Source: Eledone cirrhosa (taxonomy: Eukaryota). From it: a stretch of DNA of 64,000 nt. Below the pieces are notes generated by a model, which saw only the letters and a list, made by a program, of their open reading frames with translations, had not been told where the DNA came from and did not search any database. The translations under genes and the position numbers were made by a program. Positions 53,801-63,903 of the stretch are shown one piece after another. The DNA lies in the NCBI GenBank assembly GCA_964016885.1, contig OZ024740.1, positions 20,026,001 through 20,090,000 on the forward strand. Reading direction: 5' to 3'. Position 1 is the stretch's first letter. Each line of letters starts with the position of its first letter.

Positions 53801-56800
53801 AACCAGTTCACTGATTGGGTGTTCATTCTTCCGGTTTTTTTTTGGAAAGTAAAAATATGTAAAATATGTGTGTATTTTAAAGTGACTACAATAATTGTTT
53901 ATACAATTAAATTAACTTATTTCATATACCTTATTTATTCTATACCTGTATCTATAAATATTTTTTCTACAACTTCATACGTCAACCAGTGACAGGTAAT
54001 CAACTCTTTTTGTCTTCTGTTTCCTTAAACTTTTCCACAGGTTTTCGATTCACTACAGATGAAATCCAATGAAGTTTTTGTACTTACTTCAGCACCATCT
54101 AGTGACTTCCAAACTGAAGCTTCTGTTTCTCAATTAACCATACCATTTCTGCGTACCTTAAGAAGTTCCAGTACACCCTGTTCCCAGAGACCACCTTGTC
54201 CTTATCTTGAGCAACCAAATCTTATTTCGTCTCTCTCTGCTCAAAGTCAGTTTACTAAACTATTTTATTTACAACTTTTATTTTTCCATAATTCTTCTAT
54301 AATTGTTTTCTGTTGTTAGTTTTGTTGTTTTATCCTTTTAGTTTAAGTTTATTAAGTTAATTCTTTCGAAACCAAACTTACCTAAAGCTGGTCCTCTCTG
54401 TTATTAACCCACACCAGATTCACTCTATTCTCATGATTCAACCCAACTAAGGCAGACCCTGATCCAGCGTTACCAACTTACAGAATTAACCCTTGTCCCA
54501 TGCTGAGATTAATCCTGGTTTGATATTACTCAGCTGTCTAAGACCAACCTTGATTCCATGTTATCAACCTGTCTAAGACCAAACCTTGGCAGTAGTGTGG
54601 GTTTTGCTAAAGATACGCAAGAGCCTTTAGGTGGTCTTAAACCAAGTAATGGATTAAGTCTACCATCCAAGTGAGCCACAGCAGAATGCAAAAAGCTGAA
54701 AAAATTCCACAAAGCATTCTATTCAAGGTTTTAACGATCCTACTAACCCACTGTACTTGACTAGTACTTACTTTAATGATCCCAAAAGGATTGAAAGACA
54801 ATCTTCTGAGATCAATAAATAAAAGATTGGTAGGATTGCTAGAGCATTGGACAAGTTGCCTTGCTCTGTCTGTTCAAGTTCTATGAGTTATGAATTCAAA
54901 TACCAACTCCTGTCATAAAATGTTAGCATGATAGAAACACTCGAGAAACTGCCTATGAGATTCACTCTCATAGGATGCCAGCCCACACCTGCGCAGGTGT
55001 GAGCCATAGCAACAAATGCAGTAAGGCACACCACAGAAGCCTTCAGGAGAAGAAATGATACAATACAAGATCAAGTTAAGTGGAAAGATGATAGAAACTA
55101 TTGTGCTGAACTACCAGATCATCATCATCATCATCATCATCATTTAACATCCATATTCCACGCTTGCATGGGTTTGGACGGGAGTTTTCCCACTTAAGGC
55201 AAGAGTGGTTGTCTTGCTCGCATAGGACTGTCTGACGGGTTTTCTACGGCTGGATGCCCTTCCTAACACCAACCACATTTACAGTGTGGGACTGGGAGGT
55301 TTTTACCGTGTTACCTACACGGCCACATTACAGCGTGGACTGTGTGTTTTTTTGTCGTGACACCTACACAACCTCATTGGTTTCGGGCTGGATATTGTGG
55401 TACCAACATAACTTTACATTGAAAGGGGCGGTGTGGATGGGGTGGGACGGGGGTGTATTTTGTTAGAGGTGCCTACTGACTGTAGTAGGTTTTACTTTGT
55501 ATTTAGGTAAGGCGGGTCTTCTCTATTACTGTGTAGCGCCAAAGATCTCGGTCCAGTGACATTGTCTTGGAGAGGTGTAAGTGTGTGAGGTCGGAATTTA
55601 TCAAGTCGTCCCAGGTTTTTCTGGGTCTGCCTACTCCGTGGCTACCGTCTATTTTTATTGCCCTGCACTTTTTTATACAGCTATCGTCTTTCATGCGCAT
55701 CACGTGACCCTACCAACGTAGCCTTATATTCGAATACATGCCAAGGAATATGTGACCAAAAAATTGATGGTAGAAGGAGAGTTAGCTTATATTTTAGAGA
55801 GTTAGCTTATATTTTGACGATTTTCACCAATAGCATAAAATAGTGGGGTTGGTTTATATTTGGGGTCAACATTTTGATGATTTTCCCCAACAAATTCTAC
55901 ATAAATAAGGTTTGGAATTTTGCCCATTTTTCAAACATAAAATAGTGGGGTCGGCTTATATTCCAGTATATACAGTAATTCATCCCAGACCAATATTGGT
56001 AAAACAATATTAAAATAATAAGCATAATAATGTATATATCTATGTTACTATCTATATTTTTGTCTTCTAATGATCAAATTCACTTTTATGTCCCTTTTTT
56101 TAATGCTTACTTTGTTTTGTTTTTTAACCCTACTTTCTGCAGTTCTGACTTACTGCCAAATCTATAAAATACTTGCTCAGCTGTTTGTCTGCTACTGTGA
56201 ATCTATACACATTGATTCAACTACAATAAAAGCATTTTCTCCTCTTCTCAAAATTGATAAAATTCAATCCATTTCTCAGGTAAATATTATTTATGTTATT
56301 TACACAGGTGAAGGGTGGTGGGTTGTCAATATTGGTAAAAGGTTGGACAAAATGATTTGTAGTATTTAGTTATGATCTTTCTATGTTCTCGGTTCAAATT
56401 CCATCAAGGTCATCATTACCTTTCACTCTTCTGGGATCAATAAAGTACTGGAGTTGATATAATCAACTTTCTCCTTCCCCCCAAATTGCTGGCCTTGTAC
56501 CAATGTCTTCTTCTTCACCCACTTATTCCTGAGAGGGTTATGGGAACAGAGGCCTCAGACACTGTGAGAGACAACCATCTCAAGCTGATCTGGCTGGATC
56601 CCCAAGCACGACCAGCCAAGCTCTTAGATGTTATTCAACCATCTTGCTCGAGGTCTACTCCTGGGTCTCCTGTCAGTTGGTTTTGCCCGTAAAATCTGTC
56701 CAGTGATTCTTTCCTGAGACATTCTAACCATATGTGCATAGCATCGGAGCTGGGATCTTTCAATTTGGAGAAATACCAATATTACAAAGAATTTTTTACA

Positions 56801-58283
56801 CAGACATTAAAATTCATTTCTTCCATGTTAGGAATTATTGTTTATAATAATAATAATAATGAAAATATTGTGTACAGTGCTCAGGTGCACTACAACTCAT
56901 CAAAAAGTGTATGTATAGTACATAGGGTAATGCACAAACGTCAGGAAAATGAACAGTGCATGAGTCATGATATACACGTGTGCATGTGTTTTGAAGGGGT
57001 AGATCAGGTGTAGTTTTGGCGAATTTTGGGAAGCATGAGGGTTTTAAAGGATGCAGTGTCTCGACAGCTAACAACTGACACAGGCAGTTTGTTCCATGCT
57101 TGAGCAACTCTGAGCGTGAAAAAATGTTTCAGAAAATTGTTGACTGTATGAGTGAGAAAGAACCTCTCTCTCCTGTTCACTGGCACACATCAGTAATAAT
57201 TTTTTTAATTTAATTTACAATACATACTTCTGTATATAGCTCAGTGGTTAAAGTAGTCAACCAGTATCTGAAAGATATGAGCTTTGATCCGTCGTAGTGA
57301 CTGCTGGCCACCTTTTTGTCTTACCCATGCTAGCGTAGAAAATTGACGTTAAATGGCGGTGATGCTGAAGTTGCACCCATACTTGGCTCACATATAAGGT
57401 TATATAATAATAATGAAATTATTGTGTACAGTGCTCAGGTGCACTATAACTCATCAAAGGTGCATGCAAAGTATATAGAATAATACACAAATCTCAGGGA
57501 AGTGAACAGTATATGAGTCATGATATACATGTGTGCGTACGTATGGAGGGGGGATGTCAGGTGTAGTGTTGGCGAATCTCAGGAAGCATGGAGGTTTTAA
57601 AGGATGCAGTGTCTCGACAGCTAACAACTGATGCAGGCAGTTTGTTCCATGCTTCAGCAACTCTGAGCGTGAAAAAATGTTTCCGAAAGTCATGGTAAGT
57701 GTGTTGTTTTCTGATTTTGTAGGCATGTCCACGTGTGTTAGACACATGGAATTCAAAAAGGTGCTCAGGGTTGTTGTTGGCAAGATGGTTAATAATTTTG
57801 TGGGTGTTTACCAAGTCAGTTGCCAGACGTCGGAGCTTCAATGTATCCATGCCCAGGGAATCAAGGCGTTCAGAGTATGGTAGATGCCTGATGGAGGGTA
57901 TTCGCTTGGTTGCATGTCTCTGAACAATTTACAGGTGGTCAATGTTCTGAGCAAGATAGGGGTTCCAGACTGGAGATGCAAATTCTAAGTGTGGCCGCAC
58001 CATAGCTATAGATAGCTGGAGAGCAGCTGACAAAGGTCTTGCTGAGTGATGCTAAGACAGATACTTGCCCAAAGTGCCACACTGTGGGACAAGACCCCAA
58101 ACCTCATGGTTATGAAGTAAACTCCTTAACTACATGGCCCATTATAGGCTGTGCCTATATTCTGAGAGATTTCATCTTAATTTATATTCTGTTCTTTTTC
58201 TTCTTCAGAATGAAACTGCGGCAAATGAAGCAATCAAAAAATTTGTTGACCTTCGTACTCCCTCAAATTCTCTTTACTTATAA
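47753..58283 (+). CDS. PSMG1: Proteasome assembly chaperone 1 (PAC1), 6 coding exons, 267 aa: join(47753-47853,50629-50729,52151-52335,54041-54245,56143-56279,58209-58283)
   Basis: All introns are GT-AG, phases are consistent (2,1,0,1,0) and the exons total 804 nt with no internal stop. The protein carries PSMG1 hallmarks: MATFFGEV plus an acidic tract, PCSMLIIAVG, PFLRTL, CPYLEQPN, LTYCQIYKI, and a C-terminal HbYX motif (LYL*). Confidence 0.95.
47859..47921 (-). mobile_element. SINE 3' fragment immediately inside PSMG1 intron 1
   Basis: AATAATTGTTTCTACTTTTGGCACCAGGCCAGCAATT..CATTACTGGTACTTTA matches the SINE tail at 47465-47522. Confidence 0.8.
48420..48780 (-). mobile_element. Second CRE-like non-LTR 3' fragment
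   Basis: The minus frame REPCEV-like KEPCEVGWLLQRVSLAIVRGNAFVVL matches the CRE motif L.QR.S.AI.RGNA. The 3' end resembles 46841-46870. Confidence 0.7.
48885..49152 (+). mobile_element. Unclassified dispersed element, single-unit copy
   Basis: Colinear with 52443-52640 and 53460-53545 (GTTAGCAGAGGTTAAACAACAG ... GGGAGGAGTTCCTC..ACAGGAGTGAGAAG ... AAAATCTACATATAAGAACAGAAATTA). True orientation is unknown. Confidence 0.75.
49425..49721. repeat. Long near-perfect inverted repeat (arms about 135-148 bp, 16-nt loop)
   Basis: GAATGGATTAGATTGATTCAG...TTTTACGTCCA / loop 49573-49588 / TGGACGTAAAA...CTGAATCAATCTAATCCATTC. Confidence 0.95.
49881..50219 (+). mobile_element. tRNA-derived SINE with RTE-type 3' tail
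   Basis: A-box TGGCTTAGTGG, B-box GAGTTCAATTC, central TCCTTGAGCAAGACACTT, AGGAAGGGCATCCAGCTGTAGAAA module, and terminal GGACGTAAAAA(TGA)n. Confidence 0.8.
50216..50592 (+). mobile_element. SINE/RTE 3'-derived element with a duplicated ~140-bp module
   Basis: GATAGGAAGGG..ACTGTAGAAA..TCAAACAAAGGGTTG.GAGGACCC occurs twice. It is colinear with 59420-59815. Confidence 0.6.
50629..50729 (+). CDS. PSMG1: PSMG1 exon 2 (ETNIQWIETAETKIQNNKLPCSMLIIAVGQVAS)
   Basis: TTTTGTAG acceptor and G|GTTCAGT donor. PCSMLIIAVG aligns with PCSKFIIAIG. Confidence 0.9.
50795..50984 (-). mobile_element. tRNA-derived SINE (same family as 47282)
   Basis: Nearly colinear with 47465-47645. Confidence 0.9.
51080..51650. 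repeat. Minisatellite with a 51/56-bp unit (about 10-11 copies), built from two diverged ~28-bp halves
   Basis: GAGACTT[ATCTT]GGTAGAATTAGTCAGTAAGACTTGTCTTAGTGGAACTGGTTTGT repeated. The period is 51 at 51431/51482/51533. Confidence 0.92.
51803..52100 (+). mobile_element. Two stacked SINE copies (5'-truncated 51803-51912; near full length 51920-52100)
   Basis: Both carry CCGAGGTT..CTTTG.CTTTCATCCT...GGGGTCGATAAAATAAAGTACCAGTAATGCACTGG, with an (ATT)n tail between them. Confidence 0.85.
52151..52335 (+). CDS. PSMG1: PSMG1 exon 3 (GFCEAYLL...LIQCTKEISPEQSFCWVHK)
   Basis: TTCTTCCAG acceptor and AAG|GTAAAC donor. QC...EQ..W..K aligns with CQCSCYVAEDQQYQWLEK. Confidence 0.9.
52593..53476. repeat. 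52-bp minisatellite, 17 copies, embedded in a dispersed element (52443-53545)
   Basis: CAA(C/T)CAGGGAGGAGTTCCTCCAACAGGAGTGAGAAGGGTCTTGATTGGAGGT. Unit starts fall at 52593, 52645 ... 53425. Confidence 0.97.
54041..54245 (+). CDS. PSMG1: PSMG1 exon 4 (VFDSLQMK...PFLRTL...CPYLEQPNLISSLSAQ)
   Basis: TTTTCCACAG acceptor and A|GTCAGT donor. Conserved PFLR.L and CP.LEQPN motifs. Confidence 0.95.
55118..55723 (-). mobile_element. RTE-clade LINE 3' fragment with (ATG)n tail
   Basis: The minus frame RLRW*GHVMRMKDDSCIKKC...GRPRKTW...DRDLWR is the RTE ORF C-terminus. The 3' UTR ends in (CAT)n on the + strand. Confidence 0.88.
55724..55978. mobile_element. Possible pogo/Tigger-like DNA transposon terminus
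   Basis: Repeated GCTTATATT motifs ending in TCGGCTTATATTCCAGTATATACAGTA resemble pogo-type TIR ends. No partner end was found. Confidence 0.4.
56143..56279 (+). CDS. PSMG1: PSMG1 exon 5 (LTYCQIYKILAQLFVCYCESIHIDSTTIKAFSPLL...)
   Basis: TTTCTGCAG acceptor and CAG|GTAAAT donor. Aligns with LSYCQVWKIPAILYLCYTDVMKLDLITVEAFKPIL. Confidence 0.95.
56505..56773 (-). mobile_element. RTE (Expander/Rex3-like) 3' fragment with (GAA)n tail, inserted in an older SINE (about 56310-56790)
   Basis: The minus frame reads LQIERSQLRCYAHMVRMSQERITGQILRAKPTDRRPRSRPRARW. A 7-bp TSD TACCAAT lies at 56498-56504 and 56774-56780. Confidence 0.85.
56845..57135 (-). mobile_element. CR1 LINE 3' fragment, copy 1
   Basis: KHFFTLRVAQAWNKLPVSVVSCRDTASFK, then a 3' UTR and (TTA)n tail. 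Confidence 0.9.
57237..57368 (+). mobile_element. Degenerate tRNA-head SINE with RTE-type tail
   Basis: TAGCTCAGTGG A-box and CCCATGCTAGCGTAGAAAATTGACGTTAAAT tail motif. Confidence 0.55.
57404..58018 (-). mobile_element. CR1 LINE 3' fragment, copy 2 (longest)
   Basis: MVRPHLEFASPVWNPYL...VQRHATKRI...YSERL...LKLRRL..DL...TRGHAYKI...FFTLRVAEAWNKLP is the canonical CR1 ORF2 C-terminus. One in-frame stop, and a (TTA)n tail. Confidence 0.95.
58209..58283 (+). CDS. PSMG1: PSMG1 exon 6 (NETAANEAIKKFVDLRTPSNSLYL*)
   Basis: Pyrimidine tract plus CAG acceptor. Ends in HbYX (LYL) and TAA at 58281-58283. Confidence 0.9.
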   Translation, partial: NETAANEAIKKFVDLRTPSNSLYL

Positions 58284-58288
58284 TTGGA

Positions 58289-58294
58289 AATAAA
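58289..58294 (+). terminator. Candidate polyadenylation signal AATAAA
   Basis: Lies 5 nt after the PSMG1 stop, with a T-rich tract downstream. Usage is unproven. Confidence 0.4.
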
Positions 58295-58354
58295 ATATCA
58301 AATGGTTGCTATGGTTACTGATTTTTAATCCTTTTTATTTGGTTTTCTAATATA

Positions 58355-58695
58355 TGAGGCTCAGCTGAAAAATTCATAGGCTGAGTAAGAAGGAGTAATG
58401 CTAGGGCTGTGAAATCTTTCATGCATTAATTTGAACCCTTCTAATTAATAACTGCATTGTTCTTTACTAGGGACTATTTTGAAAAATAAACCTCATTTGG
58501 TCATTCCATGAGAGTATCTTGATCAGCCTATGAAGCAGTGATGCTAGGGCTGTGAAATCTAGCATGCATTAATTTCAACTCTTGTTATTAATAGCTGCAT
58601 TGTTTCTTTCCAGGGACTATGTTGAAAAATAAACTTCATTTGGTCATTCCATGAGAGTATCTTGGTCAGCCTATGAACTTCTCAGCCAACCCTCA
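58355..58695. mobile_element. Tc1/mariner-type MITE with TA TSD and an internal ~140-bp tandem duplication
   Basis: TA|TGAGGCTCAGCTGAAAAATTCATAGGCTGA ... TCAGCCTATGAACTTCTCAGCCAACCCTCA|TA form imperfect ~30-bp TIRs. 58398-58534 is repeated at 58541-58677. Confidence 0.75.
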
Positions 58696-59329
58696 TAGAC
58701 TACTCCTCTCTCCCATGCATCTGCACAAATAATGTGGAGTATGAGGAATGTGGTTGATTGTATCAACCCCAGTAGCTGACTGGTACTTTGTCTTTCACCC
58801 TTTGATAGGGTTGATAAAATAAAGTCAACCGTAGCATTATTTTAATAATGATAATAATGGTGATGACTGACAAAATATGATGATTGAGATGTTGTTCATA
58901 ACTAAAGTAAAGAACTCTTAACTTTTGAGTCCTAGGGGCGCCATCCTGACACAGCATGTTTTGATATTTTGTTAGTCAAACAAAACACCTTAATGAGTTG
59001 CATTACTTTGCGGTAAACATTGGTGTACTCTGTTATTTTATGAATGGCTAAGTACTGGATGCAATATAATTAAATTAGAAACTTAACTAACCCCACAGGT
59101 CCTTAGATACCCTCACTATTGCATCCTAGTAGCTACACTCACTACCCATGTGCACCCCCTCCACTACTGTCCCTTACTTATTTCTCCTTCACTACACCTC
59201 TTCCATGTGCTATTGACCACACCACACTATATCCCCTCTCCCTCAATATTACCAGTTACCCTTTCCCCTTACTCATCACTGCACTTGCCATACACCTATA
59301 ATTTCATACTTATCTCCCTTTTCTCGTTC

Positions 59330-59820
59330 CTCACCAGAGAGGGCTCTTCAGTTGGGACTATGACCAACAACCTCTCTAGTGATGAGCCATGAAAATGCAT
59401 CCCACTCGATACATCCTGTAAGGTGGTTGGCGATAGGAAAAGCACCCCACTGTAGAAATCTTGTCAAACAGAGGGTTGAGAGGACCCCTCAGTTGTGTCA
59501 ATGGTACAACAACCTCTCTAATGTTAGTTATCTACAGTATAAACGCACCCAGTATACGGTGGTTGGTGATAGTGATGGTATCCAGCCGTAGAAAGCTTGA
59601 AAAAAATAAAGGGTGAGGAGGACCCTTCAATTGTGTCAAAGACATGACAGCCTTTCTAGTGCTGGTGCTACGATAAAGTGCATTCCATAGACGGTGGAAC
59701 CATAAACGAGATGCAGACCACCAGCTTGTCTGGAAGGTCAGTAGCCCCACTTTAGTACAGACTCGGCTTGTGAAGATCTGCCCAACCCTTGCTAGCAGGG
59801 AAAATGGATGTTAACTAATG
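59330..59820 (+). mobile_element. SINE/RTE 3'-derived element with tandem modules
   Basis: Colinear with 50216-50592. Ends CCAACCCTTGCTAGCAGGGAAAATGGATGTTAA. Confidence 0.6.
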
Positions 59821-60243
59821 ATCACGATACCCTTGAAGGTGATGACCCAACATGGCCACGGTTGAAACCAGTAAAAGACTAAAGTAACATTAGAAAAGAC
59901 ATCAAAGAAAGATAACTGTTGGTATCTTATTAAATCAAGGGAGATAATTCCATCGACATTTGGAATATATTTTTTAATGAAATCTTCATATATCACCTTC
60001 AAAATCAACATTATTTTCATGATCTTTATCTTCGTTGCTTGCTTCCAGGCCAGTCTTCATTGAGTAGGCGTATGATCAAGGGTGTTCCAGTCGTGACCAC
60101 CCTGTCTTTTGTTCAGACGTAAAGTATATTATCTTGTACATAACACAGTAGTTCGGAAAGATATTTAGCTCTGAGCATTGATACACTTGACAAAGACGGT
60201 GTCGCTGTTAGGTTTGTCTCTTATTCAGACATACGAAGATCCA

Positions 60244-60346
60244 CTGAAAAGCTCATATGCTGACCAAGATACTCTCATGGAATGACCAAATGAGATTTAT
60301 TTTTCAACATACTCCGTGGAAAGAAACAATGCAGTTATTAATAAGA
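60244..60346. mobile_element. Fragment of the same mariner MITE, opposite orientation
   Basis: GCTGACCAAGATACTCTCATGGAATGACCAAATGA is the reverse complement of about 58637-58671. Confidence 0.75.
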
Positions 60347-61287
60347 CACTGATCAAATTGAGTAGTTCGCAAGTCACTACTGGTCAATAATATTTATAAC
60401 CCATCATGTAAAAACTGTTTACATTCGTGTGGAATATGTTACACTGAAGCAAGCCCATAGCTGTCACTATCACCATTAACGAGATATACATTTTTATTTT
60501 AAGTATGAGAATTGAATTTTGTTCTCAATTTTTTTTTTAAATTATCTCTGCTTTTCTTAGTGAGTTGCTAACGATTGACACTAGTTTTATTTTATTTTTC
60601 CTGCTAAGAGGGATATTTCATTTCATTAAGACATTTTTTGGTACACGTCCTTCTATACACCATCACCTATTTGATTTAACTCAGCTAAATACTAAATGAC
60701 ATGAAGCTTTTAGAGTTACTTCCCTTAGTCAATATTAGTTCAGTTTGCTGTTGCGAACATCAGATGATATCATCAAGTCTCCTAGGAAGAACTGTGTGCG
60801 TGCACGCATCAGCCCGCAGCTTCCCACTTCATAACCATCTGCTGGTACGGACATGTCCTCCGCCTCCTACCAGGGCCATGCTCTCGTTCGACGTAGCAGC
60901 GGCGGGCTGGTCATAATTAAGGAAGATCTCCTGAGACTCGACGTGATTTGGAGGACGCAGATAAATATTAAATGACAGGATGTGGTCCCAGTTTCCATCC
61001 TTACTGTCTACTATCTTGAGTATATCTTTTACCATAGTATCAGGTCGGCTCAAATATTGTGTGTGAAATTAAATAGATGGAAACTGTGTATATTCCTGTG
61101 AGATGAACTTTACTTGCTATTTAAAGATTCAGACTTGTCTCATTTTGTGTCACGTTGATTCTGCTGGGAATGTTAAGAATATATGCGTCTGCGGAATACT
61201 CAGCTATTTAGATCTCAATTTAACGATTAAGTAATTCAGCTGATTGAACATTCGGAATACTCATCGTTGAATCCGGCGGAGGATTTA

Positions 61288-61765
61288 TAATTATGAAAAT
61301 GATTGTGTACAGTGCTCAGGTGCATTACAACTCATCAAGGGTGCATGTATAGTACATAGAATAATGTACAAATGTCAGGAAAGTGAACAGTGTACGAGTC
61401 AAAATATACACACAGACACACACGTGTGTGTATGGAGGCGGAATATCAGGTGTAGTGTTGGCGAATTTCAGGAAGTGTGGAAGTTATGACGGATGCAGTG
61501 TCTCAGCAGCTAACAACTGATGCAGGTAGTTTGTTCCATGCTTCAGCAACACTGAGCGTGAAAAAATGTTTCCAAAATTCATGGAAGCTGTACGGTTTTC
61601 TGACTTTGTAGGCATGTCTACGTGTGTTAGACACATGGAAATCAAAAAGATGCTCAGGGTTGTTGTTGGCAAGATGGTTAATAATTTTGTGGGTGTTTAC
61701 CAAGTCAGTTGCCCCTCGCCGGAGCTTTAATGTATCCATGCCCAGGGAAGCAAGGTGTTTAGAGT
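61288..61765 (-). mobile_element. CR1 LINE 3' fragment, copy 3
   Basis: MDTLKLRR..DLVNTHKII...FFTLSVAEAWNKLPASVVSC; colinear with 57410-57875. Confidence 0.93.
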
Positions 61766-61994
61766 GTATAGAATACGCGGGTGTAGTGGAGAAGCAAATG
61801 ACATCCTATTGTGTTTTATATTCAAATCTCACTCTAGATAAACTTGTCTTTCATCCTTCTGATGTACCAGTCATGTATTGGGCTAAGTGGAGTTGATATA
61901 ATTAACAATACCTCTCCCCAAATTTGTGGATTTATGCCAAAATTAAAAATCAGTAAATTGTAACAAGTCTCCATTGATTCTGACGATGTGTGTT

Positions 61995-62250
61995 CCAGTT
62001 GGACAGCTTGTAAAATTAATGTGCTAGTGACTGAGCATTCCTCAGACATGCGCACCATTAACATAGTTCTCAGGGAGATTCAGCATGACACAATATATGA
62101 TATGGTTCGTCCTTTTAAATACAGATACAACTCATTTTTGTCAGCAATATGAAATAAAGTGTCTTGCTCAAGGAAACAATGTTCTGCCAGAAATGGAACT
62201 CATGACCTTATAGTTGTCAACCAAAGACTCCTAACTACTAAGCCATGTTC
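61995..62250 (-). mobile_element. tRNA-derived SINE (head related to 49881); a related 3' body lies on the + strand at about 61125-61270
   Basis: The minus strand reads CATGGCTTAGTAGTTAGG...GAGTTCCATT...TTTCCTTGAGCAAGACACTTTATTTCA. Confidence 0.7.
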
Positions 62251-62560
62251 CTCCACTATAAGCTTCTATGTCCTGTGTTCAAACCCTGCCAAGATCTTCT
62301 ATTTTGCCATCCTTCTGGTTAAATATGTACAATATGTCACAATGTATACAGATGTAGTCAGAAAATCCCCCCCCCCCCTAATGAAAACTTACAGTAAACA
62401 AGTTGAACCACTCTGCCTCCCTCAAAATGTAGAGTTAGAGAGAGGTAAAGACCCTCTTTGGTCACGAATGACCATATGGATTACACCTAGAAAGTTCTCC
62501 TCCGAGACACAAAATCTGAGTAATGTTTCTAAATAATAATTAAATATAATTTGTTCTACA

Positions 62561-62640
62561 ATCTCAGCTAGAGATTGAACCTGTAACTACACCATGGAAA
62601 CTACAAAGTCCAACACTCTTACCAACTGAGCCACCAGGAT
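62561..62640 (-). pseudogene. Degenerate tRNA-like sequence (tRNA pseudogene or SINE head)
   Basis: The minus strand has a TGGCTCAGTTGG A-box and GGTTCAATCTC B-box. Acceptor and anticodon stems are imperfect. Confidence 0.45.
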
Positions 62641-62879
62641 ACCTACCCTCAAAATATACAAAATGTACAATACACAATTTCATCAACTGTGGTCTGCCAG
62701 GGACATCCTTCTCTTTTCCCCCAAACATCATTCAATAGTCTATTTGATTCACTGTACCCAAAATAGAAATCTATTGAAGAAATTAATTCAACGGTCTTAC
62801 TCAAAATATAAACATATACTGAATGATTTGATTAATCCTCCACCTCAAAGAAAAAAATGTTAGATGGTTGTTATATTGC

Positions 62880-63071
62880 CATGACAAAAAGTACCCAGTC
62901 CATACTGAAACTTGGTTGGCATTAGGAAGGGCATCTAGCTGTAGAAACCAAGCCAAAGTTCAGATCCATATGAGCAAGACGTGGTTATCTGAGCTGAATA
63001 GTGTCATAATGTGACAACCAGTCTAACCCGTACTAGCATGGTAAAATAGATGTTAAACAGTGATGATGATG
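62880..63071 (+). mobile_element. SINE/RTE 3' end
   Basis: AGGAAGGGCATCTAGCTGTAGAAA ... CTAGCATGG..AAATAGATGTTAAA.(TGA)n. Confidence 0.65.
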
Positions 63072-63093
63072 AGATATATGTATACATATATAA

Positions 63094-63361
63094 ATCATCA
63101 TCATCATCATTTAACGTCTATCTTCCATGCTAGCATGGGTTAGACGGGAGATGTCCCACTTGAGGCAAGATTGGTCAGGTGACTGTGTCTTGCTCGTATA
63201 GGACTATCTGGCAGGTTTTCTACAGCTGGATGCCCTTCCTAACACCAACCACATTTACAGTGTGGATTGGGAACTTTTTACTGTGTTACCTACATGGCCA
63301 CATTACAGCGTGGACTGTGTTTTTTTGTTGTGACACCTACACGATCTCATTAGTTTGGACT

Positions 63362-63364
<3 letters not shown>
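63094..63364 (-). mobile_element. RTE 3' UTR fragment
   Basis: Colinear with 55125-55393. Confidence 0.85.
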
Positions 63365-63397
<33 letters not shown>

Positions 63398-63513
63398 CGT
63401 ATGTTATTACTCTAAGGACCTAACTTATCAAGTGCTTTGCTAACTCATCACCTCAGAAGTAGGCCGAATTTGCTTGCAAACCGCCAGAGATTCGATTTTA
63501 CTAAATATACAAT

Positions 63514-63575
<62 letters not shown>
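63514..63575. repeat. (TA)n microsatellite; further TA/TG runs at 63364-63393 and 63750-63830
   Basis: Read directly from the sequence. Confidence 0.95.
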
Positions 63576-63578
<3 letters not shown>

Positions 63579-63903
63579 GTTCAAGGAGACAACAGAGGTA
63601 CAAAAAGTTTAATTAGTTTCACACTTTATATGGAAAAGAGGAAAGAAAGTTTGATGTGTCGGGTTTAAGCCCTTCTTTAGGAGTACAGAGACAGGATCAC
63701 AAAGGAGACAAAAATAAAGGAGGTCTGAGTAAATAAAAAAAATAAAAAAATATATATGTGTGTGTGTGTGTTACAATCCCTAAACTATATATATGTGTAT
63801 GTATGTGTGTGTGTGTATATATATATACACATACACACAAACCTATGCAAAAGATGGAAAATGAACATTAAACAATGATGATGATATATGTACAGATACA
63901 TAT

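Noticed and set aside
59811-60020. Minus-strand 69-aa ORF as an exon of a neighbouring gene
   Set aside because: No recognisable motif and no convincing splice partners.
56845-61765. Active or full-length CR1 element
   Set aside because: All copies are 3' fragments under 650 bp, lack the RT and endonuclease cores, and two have in-frame stops.
62561-62640. Functional tRNA gene
   Set aside because: Mismatched acceptor stem and no clean anticodon arm. The tRNA-like heads at 49881 and 57237 continue into SINE bodies.
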